Source: Camelus dromedarius
Taxonomy: Eukaryota
Assembly: GCF_036321535.1 (NCBI RefSeq)
Contig: NC_087440.1
Location: 73,284,001 to 73,348,000 of the forward strand
Reading direction: 5' to 3'
DNA: 64,000 nt
Shown here: piece by piece, positions 53,082 through 64,000 of the stretch
Position numbering within the stretch: position 1 is the first letter of the stretch
How the letters are laid out: the number at the start of each line of letters is the position of its first letter
The notes under the pieces: generated by a model
The model's database searches: none
What the model was told of the DNA's origin: nothing
What the model saw: the letters and a program-made list of their open reading frames with translations, nothing else
Position numbers and translations under genes: made by a program

Positions 53082-53699
53082 CACACCTGGTTCAAAAGAC
53101 AGCTAGCTCTGTAGTATGAAAACACCTATTTTTCTCCTGTTTTTCATTGAAAGCCGGAGTGAGTATAGCATAATTTCATGGAAGTAATGAAAATATAATT
53201 TTCAGTTCACAACGAAGGAGAGACAGAAGTATTTTTCAATTTATCTTCAGCTCATGTCATCACCCCCCCACCAAAGTACAGAAATAATGAATACAATAAT
53301 TCACCTTTATTAGGATGCTGATTTGAGAGTAGCACCATCATGGGAAATAGCCTCTGGTCTACCCCTCTCCCTTCAGATGGGGCTGTACCTAAATGATTTT
53401 GTAGGGCCGTGTGGATGTGTGGATGTGCGTGTACGTGCCCAGGAAGGAAGAACCCACATCTTTGTCCATTAGTCATCTCAGTGTTTGCTTTCAAGGTGGG
53501 CTCTCCAATTTTCCATTGTTTCCCCTAAGTTGAATCTCTCATGTAGAGTTTAGGGCTGGTCTGTCTGCGAGGAAATAGCTGTATAATAAAAGAGTCATGT
53601 AATAGTGCTATAATTCACCCAGTTATTCATTCCTTCCCTCAATAATAGGACCTAAAATGCATCAGTATATGTGGTTTTCAATTAAATTCGGAGGACAGT

Positions 53700-54015
53700 G
53701 AGTGACTACTGCAGGCAAGCTGCTAGACCGAGACCGTCGAGATGGATAAGAAACTGTCCCCTCTCAAGGAGCTTGAAATCTAGAGAGAGACGGATGTATA
53801 AATACAAAATTGAAAATGTTTGGTGTGATTTCTAATAGAATGTCCTTGGGGCTATAGAAGTGGACAGAAATAGTCGGTTCTGTCTTGGAGGCTGGAGTAT
53901 AAGTCAGGGAAGGTGTTTTCAGTGAAGAGTATGCTTAAAGAGAGTGTATAAAGAATGAATAAACAGAGCAGGTCAGGTAAGCAAAATTGTGGATGGAGAA
54001 GAGGGCATTCCAGCC
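53700..54015 (-). mobile_element. L2 fragment
   Basis: CCCCTCTCAAGGAGCTTGAAATCTAG...GTCAGGGAAGG...GAGGGCATTCCAG. Confidence 0.6.
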
Positions 54016-55029
54016 GGCAAATTCTTCTTTTTTTTTCTTGTTTGAAAGATTTGCTTTTCTCATCCTTAGCACCCTCTGCTCATTCCTCTCTTGGTTTTTA
54101 ACCATTTCTAAATTGTGTCTTAAGAATCTAATCAGTCTAGGGGGACGGCACTATATCCCACCCTCCCTACCCCATGTCACACCACTGTACGAGCAACATA
54201 TGTTTTCTCCTGAAAAAGATAGCATCTGGCTCCCATCAGAAGTCCTGCCTGCAGACTCTGATGTAGGTCTGGGGACTTTGTCATGTTACTTGAAACCAGT
54301 ATTGATTGCTTCAGCTCTAAACACAAGGCCCAAAGGGTCATGCTGGTGAGGAACCAAGGGGAAAAAAAAACAGCTAAATGAAATGAAGAGATACATGTAG
54401 AATCAAAAAAGCCAGGAGTCTTCAGTACCTGCTGTCAGGCATCATCAAATCAAGAAGCTCTCTGCTGGTGAGGTCAGGGAGAGAAGCAAGGGAGGATGGG
54501 CATGCTCGGAGACCATGTGCCACCCTGCATGAGAGCAAGTTGTGGTGCTTAGTATAAATCACGCCGTTTGCTCACAGTCTTCATTATTTATCTTTAATCT
54601 CTGGCAGATGGGAACTGGCTGGGAGCACGCAAGGGTACAGAATACCCTCATGTGTGCTTGCTTGCCAGAGCGATGTACTAGAATTAACCTTTGCCCTTCC
54701 AGTGGGATACCATTAGAGTGACCATTTGTTCTGTCTGAAGGGAAAGTTCCAAGTTTCCCTCTCTTGCTGAAGATTGTCTGCTGCAAAGACATGGGCACTT
54801 TTATGCACTGTGTGATTTATACTTTGTCATTCAGAATTTTCTCATTGTCAAATAAATGATTTCATAAGCTTGTGCAACCACATTCATTAAAAACATGTGT
54901 TGGACTTTTGTTTTCACTATTAACGTAACTCTTCTTTAAATTATCTAACTCAGTGCTTGTGCACTGATTGGATGTCATAGCATTCAAAATGTTCATTAAA
55001 ATAAAATGTTCACTAAAAATAAAAGGGGA

Positions 55030-55562
55030 GTGCAGCCTATATCTGCCCCATCCCACGTAGAAGCCACTAGCCACGTTCCACCTGTGGCTGTTGAGCACTC
55101 GAAATGTGGTCAGTGCAGTGAGGAACTGGATTTCCAATTCAATTTAATTTTAATTAATTTCAATTTAGCTATAAAAATTGATGTTCAGTCATTGGAAAAC
55201 ACTTAAGTATATGTAAGAGCAACTAGGATATGTAAATCTAATGTTCCAATTCTAAATGGTATAAAATTTCTATGCAGAACACATATTTCTAATAAAAATT
55301 TAGTTTCTGAATTGAGATGTGCTGTAAGTATAAAACACACATTAGATTTTGAAGACTTAATATAAAAAGTAGAGTGTAAAATATCTCATTAAATAGTTTT
55401 AAATTTTAATGTCTTGAAATAATATTTTATATATATTGAGTTAAATAAAATATATTATTAAATGAGTTCTTTCTAATTTTTCTTATTATTTTCTTCAAGT
55501 GGCTACTAGAAAATTTAAAATTATGTATTTGCTTTGCATTATATTCCCATCAGATAGCACTG
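55030..55562. mobile_element. Charlie1-derived hAT element (MER3/MER33-type ends)
   Basis: AGCCACTAGCCAC...GTGGCTGTTGAGCACTCGAAATGTGG; AGATGTGCTGTAAGTATAAAACACAC; GTGGCTACTAGAAAATTTAAAATTA...GATAGCACTG. Confidence 0.85.
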
Positions 55563-55669
55563 GCCCAGACAGTTTAGGCCAGATAATTTAAATTGACATT
55601 GGTTTTGTCTGGTCTCCATCATATTAATAATAATCAAATCAAAACAAAACAAGAAACCATCAGTTTCTA

Positions 55670-56105
55670 ATAGTCACAGGTGGCGTTCTCCAGCGGCAAA
55701 CTCTGAGATGGAGTTTAGCATGACACGTGATTTGTAGGAGATTCTTGGGTGTTACCATCTGTGAAAGGGAGGGGACGGAAGTAGGATTATGCAGAGGGAA
55801 GAGCCGAGCTGTGAGGGAAACCCAGCATAGCCTCATCCAGCCCCACAAGGAGCTCTGGATCTGAAATGGCCTTTTCAATTGTCCTGAGTTGGGCCTGGAT
55901 GGCCAGGCCTTTATACCCTTGCATCGGTATGTCACTGATGTGGATCATCCTGGGAAGAGCATGATCTTCAAGTGCTTTTGGCATCTGAGGCTAAACCTGA
56001 AGGGGCTGGCAGCTGAAGGCTCTCTGGAAGCAGCACCCTCAGCAGTCTGGACGTCACGTCTTTAGTTGCAGGGGGATCTGGGCAGCACATCACAGTGTCC
56101 ATCAT
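55670..56105 (-). mobile_element. ERVL LTR (LTR16-like)
   Basis: CAAACTCTGAGATGGAGTTTAGCATG...GGAGCTCTGGA...GGCCTTTATACCC. Confidence 0.7.
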
Positions 56106-56538
56106 ATTAACATTTTTCACTAAAAATGTCACATTAAAAATCTTGATCATTGCCTTTTTTTCCCTCCAAATCGGATGCGTTGGCTAACACCGAGTCAGAG
56201 CTGGCGCCAAGTCTGTCTTCTCAGGCCGAGGTCTGGCTTGTGTGTTTCTCACTGGTCCCCTCTCTCCCTCTTGACTCGTCTCTGGCTTAGCGCCTGTTTC
56301 ACTACCTGCCTGACCTGTCCAGATGTTGTGTAGGTTTGTAAGCCCAGACGCCGCTGATTTAAGCCCAACTGTGATTGGAGATCACTTTTAATGCCCTCTG
56401 TGGGTTGCAGACAACATTGGCTAGACTTCACTCTTTTGCATGAAAGTTTACAAGAAAAGGAACTTTTGTATTTGCCTAACTCTCATTGCTTCTTGTTAGT
56501 TATCTCCTTGAAGCCAGGGATACATATATCTCTGTCCT

Positions 56539-56562
56539 TATATATATATATATATATATATA
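56539..56562. repeat. (TA)12 microsatellite
   Basis: Direct reading. Confidence 0.95.
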
Positions 56563-57954
56563 AAATTTCCTTAAAGCCTTGTCCAAAAATTGCTTTATAT
56601 TAGAGGCTTACCAAATAAGTCCTCTGCCGAAAGGATAAATGTGTGTGACAACCATATCTTTATCCTCAGTGAATGCTTGTGCATCATCATAACCATGACA
56701 TCCACTCCGCCCTGACCTTTCAGCAATAAAGAAATGAAAAATGGAAGCCTTCATTAACCTTTTGTTGGAAACTTGGGTATAAAATTCAGAGTGGTGTTGC
56801 ATGTTTTTTGATGTTAAAAATATTTAATGAATTGAGTGTGAGTGTTACCTGTGGTAGATTTGAAGAGAGTATCTGATGGAATAGAGGGGAGCGCATACTG
56901 TCAGCAAACAGTTAGCAAACAGAAAGGGTCAGCTGTGTATTTGCATGGAGAGAAATTAGGGAAAATGTCAGAAGGATTAAGACTTTTTTTTTTAACTATA
57001 GTCTTCTTGCCTGTTTCCCTAATTCTTGACACGGTTGTGTAATTTTATGCAATATGATTCTCAATTAGGAAACTTGAAAGAAGACAAAAAAATGAAAAGA
57101 GTGTGTCTTCTAAATATATCCTTCGTTCTTCAGGCAGCAATTTAATTTCTGTAAAAAGGAAGAACAAAGCCTTACCAGTGTTCTGGAACGAGACTCGCTG
57201 GGTCCGTCCATGGGGCTCTTTTTAGAGACGGACCGGCAGGGCAGATGCGGGGTTGCATAATGCAGTCCTCCTCATTCCCACAGAGGAATCGCAGCTGCTC
57301 TGAGGCTTCAGAGAAGCAGCAGTAACTTGATTTCTGTGTTGCTTGTGTCCAGAAATTCCAGTCGCTTTATCATTTCCCCCCATTTTCAAATTATCTTTTT
57401 GAGGGAGATGAAAAGGAGTCATCTCATCATCTCCATTTTGGAGATGATTAAACTGAGTTTCCATGAGGTTTGTTGTCTTGCCTCAGGTTCTCCATTAGCA
57501 GAAATGAGAACGAGATCTTGCTTTTCCTCTTTCTCAGAATCATCCTCTATTCTGGCTTCTCTTTGACTGCCAATAAAATAGCAAATAGTTTTTGTATGTG
57601 AGAAATTAGTTTATTTCACTGGCATTTACTGAATCCCTGACTTGCACTACTGACCAAGGTTAGAAATGGCCTGAAAAAGTTTCCTTCAGAATGCCTGGTG
57701 GGTATTTTCTGCCGCTCAGGCTAAAACACCACTGCTAATTTTCACTTCATCTTGCATTTGTGTATGTAATTGAGGTACAATAGAAATGAATGTGGGAGGT
57801 ACATGTTATAGAAAGAGACACATCTTGGGGAAAATGTTTCAGCTCTGGGAGAGTTTAGAACAGATTTGTCCTAGATCATGGTTATCCGGAGATTTATTTA
57901 TTTATATGTGGCATGATGTATGTGTAGCCCTATGAAGATCAAACCACCTGGGAA

Positions 57955-58140
57955 AAAGAGACGTGAGTTTTGGTCTCGCTTCCAATACTTATTGACTTCG
58001 GCAAAGTCACAAAACCCCTCCTTCCCATGGTTTCTTCATATTTATATATATGTGAGAATATGAGAATAATTATTACTTGGATAAATCCTATTGATTTCCC
58101 CCAGGGAGACTTGGAAGATAAAATAAAGGCATAGGTATTA
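57955..58140 (+). mobile_element. Decayed MIR
   Basis: GACTTCGGCAAAGTCAC...GGTTTCTTCAT...GAAGATAAAATAA. Confidence 0.45.
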
Positions 58141-58469
58141 AGGAAGGTGGCACATTATAAATGAAAAGTAGTATTATGATCTCTGTCCTCTAGGGACTTG
58201 CTAAAACAATTCCCTAAGGTAACTTTCAAGCTGACTTTGATGTGAATGTCCAGATCTCTGAATTATTGGAGTAACATGGAGGACTAAGAAAGATTTTTAG
58301 CAAGCCACAGTATTCCCCCTCCTCCTATGAAAAAGAAACACTTTTTTTTTTAAATACCAAAAAGACAATTGGCAATTCTGCATTTAAATTAAGTCAAATA
58401 ATTGGCTGGTAAATTCAAGGAGCAAAGATCTAAATAAACATCATTTATCATTTATATATCATCACTAGC

Positions 58470-58630
58470 TATCATTTGCAGAGTTACTTCAATGGTACAG
58501 GTGACCTACATAAATTATTTCATTTAATTTCTATGAGGTAGGATGAGGAAACAGGTTCAGAGAAGTCAGGTCAATTCCCCAAGATCACACAGCTCATTGT
58601 TGACTGAGCCTTGATATGAAATCTGAGCTG
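58470..58630 (-). mobile_element. MIR SINE
   Basis: GATGAGGAAACAGGTTCAGAGAAGTCAGGTCAATTCCCCAAGATCACACAGCT. Confidence 0.75.
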
Positions 58631-59523
58631 TATTCAAAGTTAGAGCTAATTCCTCTCTGCAATACTATCCTGCCTCTCTGTGATTGTCCAGCCCGACCGT
58701 TTCTTCTACTGCTTCTTCTCCCTCTCCTCCTCCTCCTTCTCCGCTCTTTTCCATTAGTATCTCGTTGTCTTTGCCTTTTTTTCCCTCCAAGGGTACATTC
58801 ACCGACTCCTGTCTAGAGCCGAATTTGTAGCCACAAGGCAGGATAGAAGTCTTTGTTTCCAAGCCAATGGGCTGAGTTTCCAGAGGCGTTAATTCTAGGG
58901 TTTAGTGCTTTCCCATATAAAATCACTGAAGGATGGTGTCTGAGGTTATTTCATTGGCCTCTGTGATAGGCCCTGAAGTGTAATTTATTCCACAGTCCCT
59001 GGACACACATGTTCATACTGTCTGGAACAGGCTGTGCTTGCCTTTCCCAGAAACCTTCACCCAAACAGGACCAGACGTAGATCAAGGTCTGCCAGCCCAC
59101 ACCCACCACAGAGGTCTGTCCTCTGCAGACCATGTTGCTGCTAAGCTAGAAATAATCCGTGGTGTCTCACATCCCCCCCCCCTGTTTTTTTTCATTCTCT
59201 TTAATGACCAACTCTATCAGCACTCAAAATGAATAAGTGATAGGGTTTGTTCTTCTTCCAGACTCTTCAGCTTCCCATGGTAATTTGCATGTTCGAGGGG
59301 GAAATCCATTAGGAGAAGCTAAATTGATTAAAAGATAATAGAATTTGGAGAACAGGACTCAGTGAATCACAAATAAATGTATTACTTTCACAGTTGTTGC
59401 AGTAGCTCAGTCCAGGCTTAGTCCTTTCACCACAGGGCCAAGGTGCTTGGAGCATCACGGAGTGCTTGATAAGAGCAGATGAAAGGAGAAAATGATCTCC
59501 ATAGATAGAAAGTTTAGATTTAA

Positions 59524-59838
59524 TAGTCATCCCTCCATATTTGCAGGGGATTGGTNNNNNNNNNNNNNNNNNNNNNNNNNNNNNNNNNNNNNNNNNNNNN
59601 NNNNNNNNNNNNNNNNNNNNNNNNNNNNNNNNNNNNNNNNNNNNNNNNNNNNNNNNNNNNNNNNNNNNNNNNNNNNNNNNNNNNNNNNNNNNNNNNNNNN
59701 NNNNNNNNNNNNNNNNNNNNNNNNNNNNNNNNNNNNNNNNNNNNNNNNNNNNNNNNNNNNNNNTTTAAAAAAAAAATTTTCAATTCCTAGTTGTTTGAAT
59801 CTGTGGATGCGGAACCCACAGATATGGAGGGCTGATAG
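59524..59838. mobile_element. MER2 (Tigger family) element spanning the assembly gap
   Basis: Left end TAGTCATCCCTCCATATTTGCAGGGGATTGGT; right end GGATGCGGAACCCACAGATATGGAGGGCTGATAG followed by TA. Confidence 0.85.
59556..59763. other. Assembly gap (208 N)
   Basis: Run of N. Confidence 1.
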
Positions 59839-59889
59839 TACTAAGTTCGCCAGGGAGTGCCAGTGCTTCACTGATAATATTAGAAAATA

Positions 59890-59968
59890 AATTTATTTCC
59901 AGCCTTATCGAGGTATAATTGGCAAAATTCTAAGATATTACAGTATACAATGTGATGATTTGATAAAG
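59890..59968 (-). mobile_element. Short L1 3'-end fragment
   Basis: CCAGCCTTATCGAGGTATAATTGGCAAAATT...GTATACAATGTGATGATTTGATA. Confidence 0.6.
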
Positions 59969-60593
59969 GAATTCTTAAGGGCATAAAGGCAAAAATTAAC
60001 ACTGTAAAACATAAAACAACTAAAACAGCAATAGAGTCTTGCTCCCCAAGCTTAGTCACTAATACCATTGAGAAATGCCAGGAATTGGGATGTAGAAAAG
60101 ATCTCAGAGATCACAGGAGCCATCCAGGGACCACAGAAGAATTCTGGTGCTGGAAAACGTTGGCAAGGCTCTATTCTCATCACTACTCCTTAATCTGCAT
60201 TTACTCCTTAGAGCCCATGTAGGGACCACGTGGGTGGAAAATATTCTCCCAAACCAGCAAGAAGTAAGTCTCTTTTGTTCTGTATGTCACGAATTCCGCA
60301 TGCTGTCTGGTTGGAGAGGAAGGTCTGACCCTGAAGTTCTCACGCATTTGCTACTGTTTCAATAGGTTGATCTTCAGTGAGGTCCCGGCTTGTCTCCATC
60401 TGTTATTTCTGGAGTATTTTGGCCTTCATCTGGAGGAAGGTGACAGGAAAGCATTCTGTTCCTGCAGAAAATTTGCTTGTCATCAGAGTAACTGTGTACT
60501 GTCGAAACAGCCACTGCCTACATACATCGCTCTGCCTCTTGAAAGCTAGCATTTTGGTGTGAATCAGTTATGAAAAGTGAGGAACACCACCCC

Positions 60594-60609
60594 TGCACAC
60601 ACACATGCG

Positions 60610-60658
<49 letters not shown>
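60594..60658. repeat. Compound (CA)n-(GC)6-(AC)n microsatellite
   Basis: 65 nt of strict pyrimidine/purine alternation; (GC)6 at 60607-60618. Confidence 0.95.
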
Positions 60659-60660
<2 letters not shown>

Positions 60661-60809
60661 CACCTGAGAACCGGAGACATAACACAAATGTCTAGAATTG
60701 TGGACGCGCATGCAGAGCACTTCAAATGATATTAAAATTCAGCCACTTGTGAAGAGTGAGTCATAGCAGAAATTTAGGGTTGTGTAAACTGGTTCTAATC
60801 AAATAATTC

Positions 60810-60990
60810 AGGTTTCTGTGGTGCTTTACAGCTTTACAGTAGTGATTTCATATTTATTTTCTCCTGTCCTTCTACAGAGACCTTGTAAGATATTTACTCA
60901 TTACCCATTTCTTACACAAAGAAAACCAGGCTGAGTGGTTTTCCCAGGGTATTATAGCCTAGGAAATGACAGAACTATTAAATTCACATT
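60810..60990 (-). mobile_element. Decayed MIR
   Basis: GTGCTTTACAGCTTTACA...CCCATTTCTTACACAAAGAAAACCAGGCTGAG...CCCAGGGT. Confidence 0.55.
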
Positions 60991-61868
60991 CTAAATTATA
61001 TTTTTCTCTTGTTTTCTTTATTTTGAGATAAATAGTTTTCCTCTGATACCGGGGTATAAGCCAGGATAAGAAATACCTGAAGTCCCTCAAAAGATTATTT
61101 CAAAAAGGGACCATGAAAATTTTTTCCTTTAGAGGTTCACTTTGGCATTTTATTGCACTTGGAGAAGGCCAGTCTGTCTCCATGGTACCCCTTGTGCCAG
61201 GAAAACTTCCCCAGGATCACTGTGTAGAAAGCAGTGAGGTAGCATTTCTCAAAAGCAAAGTGCGTTGCTAAGCAGTTAACCATCTAGAAAATATTAATAA
61301 GTAATTATTTTAATGATATTCTTTTAAATTAAAAAATGTCTGAATAAAACATAGGAATAGGAATAAAGCTTGGACCTACTGCATTGTTTTCTAAGTGTTA
61401 CATGCTGGAATGTACCAGGGTCATTGAAAATAAGGTGCTGTGAAGTAGAGTGATTCTTGAAAGATTGAGTATGGCAGACATGTGAGACTTTGTAAGCTAA
61501 ATCATAAGGCCATTGCCTAATTGGGATATATAGGACCAAGACCCTATCAAAGAGTTGTAAATTATCAAAGTGTTGTGCAGAAAATGAATGACTGAATATA
61601 TTCTTAAAATCACTAGGAAGTTAAGGAGGCAGAAGGTAATGATAACATTAGAACTTTTCTGAAACATTGGGGCAAAAGCAGTTTTAGATACAGGATCACG
61701 ATCTGAAAACAGAACTGATATTCCAAAAGAGCAACTCAAAGTCAAAACACTACGTATTTTTTTCCCTTTGGAAAATAGTATACAGAAGTCAGTGAGAAGG
61801 AGCAAAGCCATTGTGCTGCCCCCAGAACAGAAGAAATAAGACAAGCCATCCAGGGAATGAATTTCCAT

Positions 61869-61893
61869 GGGAGAGGGCAAGGGATCGTGAGGG
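61869..61893 (+). other. Canonical G-quadruplex motif
   Basis: GGG-AGA-GGG-CAA-GGG-ATCGTGA-GGG. Confidence 0.4.
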
Positions 61894-62176
61894 ATGACTT
61901 AGTGGAAAATGTGCAGGTAAAGACCCGTTCTCCTCAAAGTTCTTTCTAACCCTACAATCCCATATTTCTTTCTCACTCTCGGGGATGATGGCTTTGCCAG
62001 TGCTGCCTGCACTGTGCCTTTGAAATGAGAAATGACAATTAAAATGAGAACATTCAAGTATTTTAAGATAACTGTCCAATAGCCTTTGCTTGTGGATCTC
62101 GTTTGAGTGGTGAATGTGTGCCCACTGATCTCCATGCATGGGGCCATCTAATGACTTTCATCTGGCCATTTTGGAA

Positions 62177-62279
62177 AGAGTTACAGCGGGAGTCCTCTGT
62201 AGAATGTCCTCTAATGAGGGGAGAACAGTTGTAGCCACTAGGGACATTCTTGATGTTGGATCACTCCCACTGTAACTCT
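62177..62279. other. Long imperfect inverted repeat (two-stem hairpin) of unknown origin
   Basis: Outer arms 62177-62193 and 62263-62279 (16/17 pairs); inner arms 62201-62213 and 62239-62250 (12 bp with a 1-nt bulge). Confidence 0.85.
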
Positions 62280-63353
62280 CTTGCCGCAGAACAGCAAGAG
62301 TTCCCTTGGTCCGCAAGTCAACCAAGATCTGGGTATCTAGGCCTAACTGCATGCATCCTGTCATTTGACATGACTTATGTATTCTGTTGTAAGAAAAGGA
62401 ATGGAGTCCTGATAAATAATATATCCGTATTCCAGGCATCGGTTTTATAGATTTCACTTGAATCAATTAAATTTGTAAGTAAAATTATATTCTCATGTCA
62501 TGTTGACTATAAAAAATAAGGTGACAGTATTATACCTGTTCTGTAACCTCACATCAAATGAATATCTAGAAAATCTCTCATGCGACCAGTGGGTCATTTA
62601 AGTTTCTTGTTAGCTATATGTATTCTACCTCTATTTCAGAATGTAGCGAATATCATGTTATTTTTAAGACTTCTAAACTGATGATTAAATTTCAAATAAT
62701 TTCCATGCCAAATGTCCTAAAATTTTTTGATGAAAATCTGATTAGCTTTGAAAATCAAAATTTTTTTAAAAAAATCAACATTACCATGATTTCAAGTCCT
62801 AATCTGCATTTAAGTCCACCTTTAAAATTAAATACTGTCAGGATTGTACACTCAGAGGCTTTCTTGGAAAAATAGCTTATACAAATGCCATGTGCAGATA
62901 CTTATAATTGGCAATATAAACACAGGAAGTGATGTGGAAAAATAACTTCTTTTGTTCATATTTGTAAGCTTTATTTGTTTCCATCTTTAAATAGACAGTA
63001 AAACTGTTTATCATTCAAACCAAATCCATTTGTTCCATTGTCTATTAGTTTCTATCTCCTCACACTTGGATTGGAGGCAGGGAAAACAGGCCTTGAAAAC
63101 GCCACGGGAAAATAATTCTTGCGCAGACTCTGTCTAACAGAATTAAGAAATTAATGAGAGATGCTTGGTTTGGACATATGGTGCTTACGTGAACTGGAAA
63201 ACTTTGATTTGAGCTGGTTCAAGTTTTAATACACCATCCATACACACATATATTTGGACAGATATATGAGATTTGAGAGATTTGGAAAACTTGGTCCTTT
63301 CCTTGCCTTTTGTGAGCAAGTGGTGATCTATGCTGTTTGCCTCTGTGCCCAGC

Positions 63354-63431
63354 TAGAATGTCTTCTAACAAAGTGAGAACGGTTGTAGCCACTAGGGACA
63401 TTCTTGATGTTGGATCACTCCCACTGTAACT
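63354..63431. repeat. 78-nt direct repeat of 62200-62277
   Basis: 72/78 identical; last 50 nt (63382-63431 versus 62228-62277) identical; offset 1154 bp. Confidence 0.95.
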
Positions 63432-64000
63432 TCTGAGGATAAGTGGATAGTAATTCTCTTTAGCCGTAAGGGTGCCATAGTGCAGCTGTTCCTATCACAT
63501 CTGTGCGTGTGTGCTTCTCTGTGTGTGTGTTTCTGAGTGTATGTGTGTACGAAGTTAAATGATCTTTAGTATGGGTTGGTCGCCAAAACCATAGTGTGAG
63601 CACAAGTCTTCTATGTAAAGAAAACTGCACCAGAAGAAGGAGCCACATCTATAGAAGATACACAGAAATACAAGAAAAGTCGACGTCTGACCCTTTCTCT
63701 CCTTTCACTCTACCTCGGACAGCTAGTTTCACTAAATAAAACCATGTTATTATCACTACCATTTCTAGAGGTCCTTAACTTGTCCCCAGTGTTTAGCATT
63801 TCTGCAGGTGTGTTCTCACATGTCCTGAATGAAAATGCAAACACAGAAACAGAAACACACACACAGATTGATACATTTCATATAGTAAGTATATATATAT
63901 TCTATTTTATGCACATACTTAAAATATAAACATCTTAAGCTAAGAGAAACATTAAGTAATGGAAGAAAACTAGCAAATTGTGCAAGATACAGCAAATTTA

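Noticed and set aside
57200-57240. GGTCCGTC/GACGGACC 8-bp inverted repeat
   Set aside because: Too short to distinguish from background.
59492-59890. Several ORFs across the N run
   Set aside because: Artefacts of the assembly gap.
62225-62245. GTAGCCACTAG in the duplicated hairpin matches a MER3/Charlie1 motif
   Set aside because: The match is only 11 nt and the flanks do not follow MER3; kept only as a reason to run Dfam.
1-64000. CRISPR arrays, operons, rRNA/tRNA genes, NUMTs
   Set aside because: None seen; the sequence is mammalian nuclear non-coding DNA.

Overview
AT-rich, CpG-depleted eutherian genomic DNA (intronic or intergenic) with a 208-nt assembly gap at 59556-59763. I recognise no protein-coding gene: all listed ORFs are short, several lie in decayed repeats, and none resembles a protein family I can name. 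Much of the window is old interspersed repeats (L2, MIR, MLT1/LTR16, MER20, MER5A, Charlie1, MER2, Tigger1/2 derivatives, L1M ends), ERV1-type solo LTRs with intact target-site duplications (TSDs), a tailless U2 snRNA retrocopy and microsatellites. I saw no Alu, rodent B1/B2, Can-SINE, Bov-tA/BovB or PRE-1; LTR and L1 ends tentatively suggest a cetartiodactyl, possibly a camelid (from memory, not searched). The most unusual unexplained structure is a ~103-nt two-stem hairpin at 62177-62279, partly duplicated 1154 bp downstream with 50 nt of perfect identity. Also notable are a 19-bp fold-back spanning an LTR/host junction and a U2 retrocopy whose target site matches the U2 branch-point recognition sequence. 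Repeat family names come from recalled consensus sequences; boundaries without TSDs are approximate.
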